Shown here piece after piece: positions 48,441 to 59,645 of a DNA stretch of 64,000 nt (position 1 is the first letter of the stretch; each line of letters starts with the position of its first letter). The DNA is taken from NCBI RefSeq assembly GCF_018977255.1, contig NW_024704743.1, positions 868,001-932,000 on the forward strand, written 5' to 3'. The stretch comes from Callorhinchus milii (Eukaryota). A program made the translations under genes and the position numbers. Under the pieces are notes generated by a model that was not told where the DNA came from, searched no databases, and was given only the letters and a program-made list of their open reading frames with translations.

Positions 48441-51400
48441 ATGGGAGAAGCGAGAAGAATCTCAGACAGGCGAGCGGTGGGGCATCGGGGAGCCCCGTAG
48501 CTCAGCGGTTGGAGCCCGAGAGGACCCGGGTTCGATGCCCTTCCCGGTCGGGGTCTGGGTCGGGGCGAAACCTCAGGCGAGTTTCCTTACCTGGTTGTTA
48601 GTCGATTGGCGGATCGCTTTTCCGGAGTGGTGGCGGTGGTGGTGGTGGGGGTAACGATTCCCCCCCCCACTCTTCCCCCCCGCCTTTATTAAAAACATTT
48701 AAATGAATTAATTGATAATCCTTGAATTTGATACAGCGCCTTATCGCGGCCACGAGGCGACTTCGCAAAGCCCTCCGTGGGATAGACCCGTGAAGTGAAT
48801 CGACCGGGTGGTCCGCGGGCAAAACGCGGCAGCCTTCTGGCCAGGCCTCTACTGGCTGCGCCCCCCCCCTCCCCGCTCCGCCCGCCCGCCCCATCACCAA
48901 AACGGATCGACTTCAAGATCCTCTCGCTCTCGTGTTCGAATCCAATCCTGGCGCCTTCCTCCCTACCTCTCTCCCTCTCCGACCTCCTCACTCCCCCTCC
49001 ACCGCCCGGTCAGAGCCCCCTTAGTCTAGAAAATGAAACTGCACACGTCAGGCATTTCCCCTTAATAGGTCAATTATCGGGGATGGGGGGGGGGGAGGAC
49101 AGAAAAGGAAAGAATAGACGCCATTCATTAAATTATACACAGTACCGCACAAATCTACAATCTCTGGTCATATGAATCTCCTGCAGTCCCTAATTAATTT
49201 CAGATCGTGTGCATTTTGTTTTCTGAACTTGTAAGATTCGACGTATCAGCGATGCCTCCTCCTCCTCCTCCTCCTCCTCCTCCTCCTCCTCGGGAGGTAA
49301 GCGCAATTGGAGGAAATTATTTCTCAAGAAATTATTTCGAAATCATTGTTCAGATGTTCTGAGCCATAATTATGGCCGAACAGTGAACAAGGGCAGCTCG
49401 GAGCTCTAATGTTTCACCCCCTCCCACCCCCGCACCCCCCAAAAAAAATTGCCCACCTCAGTGTCAGTCTGACACAAAATGCTGCGAAAAATCTCATTCG
49501 TGCGTTACTTACCTCTTGACTCAACTTCTCAAATGCAGTCCACTTTCGCCTTTCTAGTTCAGCGTCCTTAAGCTCCAGGTGATGCAAAACTTCACTCGCG
49601 TTCTTACTTGCATCGAACTCCGCACGCCTGTTGCCCCATTCCCCAACCCGCAGTCTCCCAACGGATTAACGTCCTCATTTCGCTCATAAATAGTTTCATG
49701 CCCGAGGACTTCGCTATCTCTGCGACTCCACCACACTCTGCTTCCCCTGTTTTAGTCAGCGAACAAGCTAGCTGCGTGCCTTATCTGCCCTGAAACCAGC
49801 CTGTAACATTCTTCCATCCACTCATTGTCGTCCAAAAATGGGACACAGGAAGGTTATATTTATGCATTTTGGTGACGCAGATCTAGTTGTTTACAGGCAC
49901 TGCATTTCTTAGATTATTGTGTGAAATTTTTGTCAGTATTTCATTGTGAGAAAGCATTGTATCAAATGCACGTGTGTTTGTTCAGAACTGGCTTTATTCA
50001 AAGCTTTTGTCCACCCTCTGCAATATTCTTACCGCTTGGAATAGTAAAGAAATCGTTGCATCCCATTAAGTATTAAATTTCAATCTGTGCTCATTCTATT
50101 TGTGCAACTTGAGTTAATGTGATTTAGTTTCTGTTAATTCTACTGCTGGATTTACTTCATATTATTTCATATTATTTACTTGCTCAAAGCAGGATGCGTC
50201 CCTTCAGGGAGAGAGTGCGTATTCCATCCCAACAATTTATCTCTGGAATTTCCATGTGTAGTGCGTAGGATGATTCTCAGTTGCGTTTGGATTTAAAAAA
50301 ATGACACCATACTTGCATGGTGTGAATGGTTGAGTACCTCATTCTGATTTGGACGGTATTGACTTCTTAAACGTGTATCGAGCGTTCAGAGGGAGACTGT
50401 CACTGGCAGGTGGCTGATTTCATTCCAGAAATAGATTCAATTATTGTTTGACTTTTTTGGGTCAGCCAGGTGTCTGACAAACGTGGAAACCCATTGCCGT
50501 GGTTAAGACAACCCAAACAAAATGTTGACTTTCCGCCTGTGCATAACCGACGACGCATGGAGACTTTCCCTTTGTCTGGTACTGAGCGTGCATTCTGTTC
50601 CTGGAAAATATCGAGTGCCGGCTGGCAAGAGCCAAGTCTTTGGGAACCCAGAATGGGCTTAGCCTGAGTTAAAGCAAAGTTAAACTGCGTGAGTTGCCAT
50701 TGTGAGCACCCTGTGGCAAGCTGTTTGCTGCCTACAAGCCAGTTCTCACCCTGCCCTGTTAAAACTTGCCTTTAGGGATAATTGGTGCCGAGTAGGAAGA
50801 GTTTCATTGTCCTGACAAGTCCAGGATTGCTTAATATCGTGGAGCACTGTGGACACAACTGACGCGCTCCCCTCAACTGGCTCCGACCTCCTGCTTGTCC
50901 CTTGTGCCCTCCATTCCACCATCAGTGGCTGCGCTTTCACCCTCTACAGCCCGAAACTCTGTGACCCTCTCCCTCTATCCCTCCGCCTTGCCCCTTCCTT
51001 TCCCATCTTCAGGTCGGCCTGAAGACCTTCCTCTTCGACCATGCTTATGGTCACCTCCCTCCACACCCTGGCTCAGCATCAGGCTCTGTCAACGTCAAGG
51101 GGCGCTTTATAAATGTAAGTTGTTGCTGTTGATCCAGGAACTGGACTTCTGAGACCAACACAGAGAATTGGCTTGATTGACTTCTCTGTTATTCTTAGAA
51201 TCAATTTAATAACAAAATAATAATCCTTGCATTCGAGATAGCGCCTTATCAAATTGTTGAGATGTCTCAAACCGCTTCACGGAATATACTGTAAAGTGGA
51301 GTCATTTGTGGGCGAAATGCGGCAGCTGACACAGAACAGTCGTGGATTGAGTGACCAATTTATTTTTAAAGGAGTTATTTCCCCGAGAAAGCAATCCGCC

Positions 51401-53504
51401 AAATTTAACAACTGGGTTCCCGCTTACTGCTAAGCAAACAAAGGTATGTGGTGTAGAAATCACCTTGCAATGTAAATAATGGATTCCACAGTAATGGGAA
51501 CTGCAGCCTCAGGAATCTGTTCAGCAATGTGGTGGGGCGGAAAAGGCCTGGGAATAAATTTCAGCAGGATCGGGCGTGCTTGAGACTGCAGGGAAGAGAT
51601 TTGCACATCATTAAACAAAATTGGCAAGACTTTATTTTCAGTTCAATTCATCCCATTCATCAATTCAGACTCAGCAAAAACAAGACAAAACATTTGTATG
51701 CGTTTAGCGCATTCTGCGGACGAAATGGTAAAATCACAGGATATTATAAGGCTGCACTGTTGTTTTTCTCCGCGTAAGTCACCCAGTTTAATTGTACTCT
51801 CGCTTTCCATGCAATCTTTTGATATTCTTTATTTCAAATGTTGACCTACTTTTAAAACAATTTGTGGACTCTTTAACACAACAAAACTAGGTTTCTACAT
51901 TCGGGTACAGACTTTCCTACTTCCCTTAAATTTGTTTATGCTAATTACATGGTGTCTTCGGGTGGGATTTTAAAGGCAACACTGGAAGCCAGAAGTGTAG
52001 CATGCTGTTGATGTAGTGCAGGTTTATCTTATAAGCGTTATAACAGGGTCATTCTGTATATATGTAAATGCAGAATCAGAGGCATGAAATTCTCAAGGCC
52101 CTTGTCTTAAGATCTTAGCCTTAATGTAACACCAGTGTCCATTTTTTGGGGCAAAGGCTATGTCAGGTGTCAGTATAACTTCAATATAAATGAAACATCT
52201 CAACGACATGATAAGCACTATATCAAACGCAAGTATTATTATTATATGGCCTGGATCGCACATCTGAGCTAAAATACAGCAGACCTTTTTTTTTTTCTTT
52301 TTGGGTCAGCCAGCTGTCTTGACACATGTAGAAACCCATCACCGTGCTTAACAGTGTCCAAACCAAACCGAGATTTCCACGTATCCCATCTACACACGGA
52401 AATTCCCAGAGATAGATTGTTGGAATGGAATTCGCACTGTCCCGAGTGTCCGGCCCAACTCACCCCGTCGCCAGGCATGTCACTTCGGAGCCAGTTCAGC
52501 TTCAAGGAGACTCCGCTTACCACCCACCCCCACCCGCCACCCCCCAGCCAAGGAGGATAGCAGTTCTTACTCATTAAATCTCGAGCCTTCTGTGTTTGCT
52601 GAACACCGTGTACTTAACTGCAGCTGGTGTTGGTGCCATTACTCCCCGGGGAAGGCTGAGTACTGCTACTTCTTTCACGCCTTCATCCTTTCCCCTCCCT
52701 CGCTGCAGTTGTTGATGATCAAAACATTTTTATTTCGATAAGATCCTGATCACTCCCAAGAACAATCCAGAACCGCTCCGTCTCCCAGTCTCTCCAGCTT
52801 CTCGTAAATGACCGCTAGGGGGAGATCCCATCCCGTCAATGCAAGTCAGCCTCTTGTCTGATTTTTGCCTGGTCAGATTACAATACCGTGTGTCCTTCGG
52901 CATGTCGTGCCTTCTGTCATCTTTATCACTGATTATGAAGCCATATGCACTGTTGCCTTGTAGGAGTCCGGTAGTGTATTGGTTAGAGCACTCGCCTCGT
53001 AAATGAGAGGACCGGCAGAGCGAAACCTAAGGCAAGTTTCCTTATTCCACACGCCTCTGTTTACTTAGCAGTAAGTCAGAACTTGGTTGTTCTATGAAGT
53101 GCTTTGAGACGTCTCAACAATGTGATAAGGCGCTATATACCAAATGCAAGGATTGTTGTGGTATTGTTGTATTAAATCCCTGGAAATAAACTCTCCAGTG
53201 ATTCTCCAGTTTGCATGGCAATTTACATTTCAGATTCAGGGCTGCAAAGTAGTAGCATTGTTTGCCAAAGTTTGAGTGATGGGGAGATTAAGGGGTTGAT
53301 GTGTTCGAGTGTTTCAGTTTCCCTGAAGCGTGCTCCTCCCTTATCCTGTTGAAGGTGTTTGAATACCGTTTTGGTAGATAATAAAGTGGTGTGTGTGCAA
53401 ACGCACTTTAATCTAGGTACAGAAGTACCGTAGATTTTGTGGGCGAAAGGTGAATAGTAATATCAGGAGGAATCATGCGCCCACAGAGCCTCTGAAGTAG
53501 ATTT

Positions 53505-53888
53505 CTAACTCAGCGGTTCTCTAACTCGCCTCGCAAGCGAGAGGTCCTGAGTTCGATTCCCGGCAGGGCAAAATATTGGGTACATTTCCTTACTCCACAT
53601 GCCTCTGTTTACCTAGCAGTAAGTAGGAATTTCTGTTTACCTAGCAGTATTGTTATTCAATTGGTGGATCGCTTTTCCGGGGTAATAATCCCTTCAAAAA
53701 TAAATTTAAATAATTTGGTCACTCAACCAACAACTGTGAGACGTTGCTGTGCGCAATCGGCTGCTGTGTTTCTCCCGCAAAATATACAGTCAGCTCACTT
53801 TACAGGATATTCTGTGAAGCGCTTTGAGATGTCTTGAAGATGTGATATGGTGCTATATCAACTTCAAGGATTATTATTGTTATTGTTG
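53505..53888 (+). mobile_element. tRNA-derived SINE, dominant family, representative near-full-length copy
   Basis: tRNA-like head (ctcagcggtt..gttcgattccc), body (gtttccttactccacac..gatcgcttttccgg..caattggctgc), L2-like tail (gtgaagcgctttgaga..(att)n). Dozens of full or partial copies on both strands, e.g. 24718-25070, 37097-37420, 37793-38130, 40887-41105, 43155-43478, 26120-26462(-), 21355-21757(-), 51218-51450(-). Confidence 0.85.
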
Positions 53889-54937
53889 GTGAGGATACTG
53901 AGAGACACTCACTTCTCTTTTCCAACAAGTGTTGGGTTTGTGATGGCGTTGAACTCAACAGGGAGATGGGTCATTGGTTTCATATTTTGTTTTAAGACCT
54001 GGGGGATGTACTTTATTGGGCTTAAGGGAAAGCTAAGATGCTTCTTGTTGAAGAAATTACATGACCTATAAAATGACCTATATTGTACAGGTTGGCATTA
54101 CTGCACAGTACCCAGTCTGTTGATTTAATGTTTAATGGAGTCCAGTTGTACAAATGGGTGCCCCTAAAGCATGTAGACTTAGTTATGTAATGATGCGTAG
54201 GAAAATAAAACGCCCATGCATCACTAAAGAGCAATCAGTAGTTCACGACAGTAATTCCGGAGCCAAAGTTCTTGCTTTCCCTCTCCCACTAATGACTGAA
54301 GTGCTTTGACTCGCCTCAACAACTTGATGAGGCACTGGATCCAAAGTACGTTTAGCTGCTCACCACTCAACTTTTATTTATATAGTGCTCTTCCTTCAGG
54401 GGAATGCCTTGGAGCACTTAACAGTGTTCGACACTGAGTCAGGGAGAAAGGGGAGATTAGCGTATTACCAACGAGAACATTTTCCAGGAATGAAACTCGT
54501 TTCAAATAATGGTTTAGTTCCTGGTCTGTGGATCATTGACCTCAGTGTAATGACTGTGCGTTTGTGTAACTTAGTAGGACAGCTGATTTTGTCCACAGTA
54601 TACACAGTCAATCAACTTTACAATATATTCTGTGAAGCGCTTTGAGGTGCCTTAATGCCGTGATAAGGCGCTATATCAAATGCAACGAATATTATTATTA
54701 TGATTATTATTAACTGAGTGATCAGTTCTGCACTGAATTGCCAATTTAATTCGACTTTGTGAAGACGACAAATTACACTTACATAGCGCCTTTCACGTGG
54801 GGAGGACGTCCCAAGGCGCTGGACAGTCAGGGATTTGGACCCTTGAATTCTGACGTAATAGATTGAAATATTTGATCACTGAAATTTTAATGAGTGAACT
54901 ATTTCTCATTTGTTGGAAATCATTTAATAAGGCAGGT

Positions 54938-55300
54938 GTCAGCTTGGCTCAGGTGGTGACACTCTCACCTTGGGGTCAGAAGGTTGTGGATTCAAGCCGC
55001 CCCCGTAAGGACTTTGAGCTTTCAGTCCAGGCTGACGCTCGACCGCAGTGCTGAATTATTGGAGTAAATCCTCCATGTTAAATCGAGGTCGTGTCTGTGC
55101 CTGTACAGATGGATGTTAAAGATACATGGCTGTATTGTATTCAAAAAGAGAAGTGAGTTGATTCCTGGCCAACAATCCCCCAAATAAAATTAGGCTGTTT
55201 CTGGGATATTGCTGTGCACAAGTTGGCTGCTATATCTGTATACAGTCACTACACGTACAGTAAAAATCCTATGAAGTGCTTTGGGACGTCTTGAAACTAT
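54938..55300 (+). mobile_element. Older Deu-domain-type SINE (SacSINE1/AmnSINE-like)
   Basis: Head gtcagcttggctcaggtggtgacactctcacc..gtcagaaggttgtggattcaag, Deu-like tgttaaatcgaggtcgtgtctg, tail gaagtgctttgggacgtc. Related fragments at ~2350-2590, 21800-22020, 30360-30640(-), 60995-61210, 62480-62560. Confidence 0.6.
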
Positions 55301-56359
55301 ATAAACAATTTCTGACATGCCATATAGCACGTATAGTGTGGCTTGAAAGAACCAGGCAACTTTGGATCTAAGGCTCCCAAAGCTTTCCACTCTTGTAGAA
55401 TAATTAATAGCTATCAACATCTCCGTTAGTATAGCATGCGAATGCCAGGATGGTAGAAGGCGACCAGGATGGACCTTGTTTTTTTTGTCTAGCAATTCCT
55501 ATGTTCCTAACTAACTGATGAGGTGTATTCATTGTAAATTAATATTAATTAGCATTGGTCCTGCTTGGTTATAATATAAGGATGCAAGGATTATTATTAA
55601 CTCGGCGTGCCTGAATTCTGCTTTGCTGATCCAACGGGTTAAGGGTAGGGAAAAGCATCTGGAGGGAATTATCTGCAGTTCCTGAGATGAATTGTTTACA
55701 GCACCTGTGCTCTTGTCCTGCTGTCGCTGTGAATACACCAATGCACCAGAGGTTGGTGTGCGATGAACAGTCTCATTAATTATATTCTTGCCAAGTACCT
55801 GCAGAGTCAACAGATCATATGCCTTCTGTGTGCAGATTCGAGAATAACTTTCAAAAGGGGATCGGATAGATACCTCAGGAAAAAATTGCGGACTTTGGGG
55901 TAAGAGCGTGGGAGTGGGACTAGTTGGTAGCTCTTTCAAAGAGCCGGCACAGGCACAGTGCGCCACCGAACGGCCTTCTTCTGTGCTGTAAAACTCTATG
56001 ATTCCAGGACACGTGGAGAAACCCTTCTTTTTTCCAGTAGTGCTCAAACTGTCTCAGGGAATAACACTCTGAGATGGTTTATGTGGAACATTGTGGTTCT
56101 CAGTCTCCAAGTGTGCCTCTGTTTAGATCTCCCATGAAATTACACTGCTCTAGTTGCAGACTCACATTATGAAACGAAACTGGCTCCTGATTTGGAGTTG
56201 ATCTTTCACCAAGCAGACTAGTTGGGCTGAATGACCTATTTTTGTGTTTTAGCATCCGCAATGTAATTCAGTGATTATAGGCTGCAAATCAAAGGAGGGA
56301 AATGATCTTAAAGGAAGACATCAGAAGATAGATGGTGTATGTAGAACTGAATCTTGTTC

Positions 56360-57005
56360 ACGCCAACTGCAAGGTGATGCTGGACTTCCTCAAATCCAAA
56401 ATTGAGGGGATCCGCTCACCTGCCTCTACCCTTCCATCTACTACTCCCTCCCCATCTCATCCTCACACCCCTACCCATCCCTTCCTCCACACCTTCGAAC
56501 CTGTCTCCCCCTCCTCTTCACTATAATCCACATAGACCGATCACCTGTTCCCTCATCCCCATCCCTACCCCTCCTTCTCCTTACCTCCCAGCTCCACATT
56601 CTTGCCCCTCTACTCCTAAACTCCCTGTCCACTGGCACTGTTCCCACCCCTTTCAAAACAGCGGTCATCATTCCTATCCTTAAAATAAACCCTCCCTGGA
56701 CCCATCCGTACTGCCAAACTACCGCCCCATTTCCAACCTTCCTTTTCAAGGTCCTGGAACGAGTCTTTGCTTCCCAGCTACGCTGCTTCCTCTCCCACCA
56801 CTCCCTTCACGCACCCCTCCAGTCGGGTTTCCGTGCTGCCCACAGCATAGAAACAGCTTTGGTCAAAATAACAAATGACATGTTGTCCATCTGTGACCAG
56901 GGCCTCCTCTGCCTCTCCTTGACCTCTCTGCTGCATTTGATACCGTTGACCACTCTATCCTGCTCCACCGCTTCTTCTCTCACTTCAACCTTCATGGTTC
57001 TACCT
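56360..57005 (+). mobile_element. Degraded L2-clade LINE ORF2 fragment (reverse transcriptase N-terminal part)
   Basis: Frameshifted translation gives FKTAVIIPILK, PISNLPF, KVLERVFASQL, LQSGFRAAHSIETALVKITND and DLSAAFDTVDHSILL. A homologous shorter fragment lies at ~27490-27710. Confidence 0.9.
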
Positions 57006-57839
57006 TTGAAAATGTTTCAAAAAATACTAATAACAATAATTTGTTCACTCAGTCAGATTGTGGTTCTCGGTCTGTTTAGATCTCCCATGTAATTACACTG
57101 CTCCAGTAATTACATGGGGGATCTGAACCGAGGCACACTGTGCGCAGTTGGCTGCAGCGTTTTGCCCAACAAATATAGTCAATTCGCTTTACAGTATATT
57201 ACGTGCTTTGAAGACGTGACAAAGCGTTATATCAAATGCAAGAGTATTATTATTAAAAACGCATCGTCATTTCACAGTACAGTACTGATATGTGATCTGT
57301 AGTACAGCCTTTGATTATCAAAGCTAAAACCACAACTAAAAATAATTATTTTTTGGCAACATTCCTGGAAGTATTCAGTGATCTGAATTTAAAGCAGTCG
57401 GAGAGGATCGCGTGAGTGCCTCACCTCCAAAGGAGAGCGCAGCCTCTGCGTAACCTGGTATTAGCAGCTGATTAGCAGATTGCCTTGTTCGAAGATCTAA
57501 TTCACGCGAACCAGTTGAATACATAATTAAGGCTGGGACAGTGATCTGCTCTGCTGGTGCTCAGTAAGCCTGGGATTGAACCACAAGCAGGCAGCTTCTT
57601 CTCCGAGGTGGTGAGTCAACAGTGAACGATTCAGAGGTAAGACTGAGGGGGTGGGGGAGATCTACACTGACAAATCCACCATTGAGTTGCAAGTAATAAT
57701 AATAATAATCCTTGCATTTGATATGTATAAAGTAGGTCTAACCTCACACGAAGCGCGATGCTATAATTTAGCTCGGGTTAGGATTTGTGTTATTTTCAGA
57801 TTACTTCCTAACACTGGCATTTTAGTTTAGAACGTGCAC

Positions 57840-59645
57840 ATCCCATTGTGCATTCAAATCCCAGAGAGAACTTTTGTGTGTATAGTACGTGGTATTCAAG
57901 TTTGATTTAATCTCTTCTCTATTTGCATTATCAATACACAACAAAATCCTGCTTTTAAAATGTGATTTATTTTTTTTGCGCGGTCGCGCGCGCGCGCGTG
58001 TGTGTGTGTGTGTGTGTTTGCGCTCCACGCCAGGGTGTTTTGTTGGTGACAGGTTATATAGAATTCTGTTTTTAAAAGAAATTTCTGACGAGGTGGTTTC
58101 TCTGCTATATTGAGGTTGAAGCCGTGGGTTTTATTCATCCCGAACAAATAGCGGCTGTTTTATAAGTTTCAACTCGTTCAAATTCTCCTGCTTATCTGGG
58201 CTGTAACATACAGCACCTGCTCGCTGTAAGAATTGCTGCTAAATCTATTGAGGCCAGAGATGACATGAGGTTTTCATCTGACGTGAGGGTTCTGACAAGG
58301 GGTAGTGGACCCGAAACGTTGACTCGCTTTCCTTTCTCCATAGATGCTGCCTGACCTGCTGATTGTTCCCGGCCGCTTCTGTTTCTGTTTCAGATTTCCG
58401 GCATCTGTAGTATTTTGCGCGAGGTTTCTGTTTTCCTGTTCGTGCTCAACTTGAGAGTGAAGCATGTGCGATGACCTCCACAATTTCATGGCGTTTAAAC
58501 CATTTAAATTAGCGAGAAATATTTTTCGCCAGAGTTGNTTTTTTGGCTGTCTGAATTGTGCATAACATGATTACTTCTGCCCTCTACTGTACGTACTAAG
58601 TGCTGATTTCCGAGGCGTTTACTCCGGGTTATAGTTTTGCTGCCTTTGATTTGGGGAGACAGTGAAGGTGATCCCACTGTGCATTTAAATCCCTGAGGGA
58701 CTTTCTGTGTATAGAACATCCAGTACATGGTATTCAAGTTTAATCTATTCTCTATTTGCTTCATTAATAAACAGTAAAATAATGTTTTTAAAGGTGTGAT
58801 TTTTTTTTGTGTGCGTGTGCGCGCGCTACATGCTGGCGTTGCCACCGCAAATGCTTCACGCCTTCCATGCTGAATCTTAGTTAAAATATTGACAGCTGGA
58901 TTCGTTTTAAAACTTAATCTTAAAACGCATTTATACTTGGTTGCAGACTTCAGTTTTGAATTGCGGTCTGCTCTAGCGTTGAGGATATCCGTTGCTGTAT
59001 CCCTTAGTTAACTTTGCTGTGTTAATTGAACTGTGTGCGGGTACTGCACTGCGCATCCCATAGGAATCGTGGCATAAATAGGAATTTAGCTTAAAGGAAC
59101 ACTTAGTCGGCCCATTGACAGAACTGGGAATATACAGCATTGTCGGCTACTCCCAATTATACACTTACCTTATCTGCAAATGTATAGTATTCTGTTATTT
59201 TTAAAGAAATTCCTGACGAGGTGTTTTTCCCTGCTATATTGAGGTTGAATCCGTGAGTTTTATTGATTACCAACCAAAAGCAGCTTTTATTTTTAAGTTT
59301 CAACCTGTTTAAATTCTCCGGCTTATCTCCAGCGTAACATGCAATGCTTGCTGGCTGCAGAGGTGGCTGCTAAATCTATTGAGACCAGAGATGACATGAG
59401 ATTTCTATCTGATTATCTGTGCTCCCTTGAGAGTGAAGTATGTGTACATGACCTCCACAAATCATAGTGTTTAAACCATTTAAATTAGCAGGAAATATTT
59501 TTCACCAGTTTTTTATGGCTATCTGAATTGTGCGTAACATGATTATTTCTTATTGCCCTCTACTGTATGCACTAATTGCTGATTTCTGAGACATTCACTC
59601 CAGGTTATAGTTTTGCTGCATTTGATTTGAGTAGACAGTGAATGT
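57840..59645 (+). repeat. Diverged tandem duplication of a ~0.8-1 kb non-coding block (copy 1 ~57840-58670, copy 2 ~58671-59645)
   Basis: Collinear shared segments, e.g. ctgctatattgaggttgaa (58102/59231), gctgctaaatctattgag..cagagatgacatgag (58235/59366), tttaaaccatttaaattagc (58494/59470), ggttatagttttgctgc (58627/59603). Each copy has its own insertion. Confidence 0.9.
58282..58432 (+). mobile_element. Penelope-like element terminal fragment with a minimal hammerhead-ribozyme-like motif
   Basis: Present only in duplicate copy 1. ctgac..gggt-agtgg-accc-gaaacgtt..tagatgctgcctgacctgctga..cagatttccggcatctgtagta resembles Penelope-type repeat ends I recall from elasmobranch genomes (not database-checked). 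Confidence 0.6.

Noticed and set aside
58538..58538. Single ambiguous base (n)
   Set aside because: Assembly ambiguity with no biological meaning.
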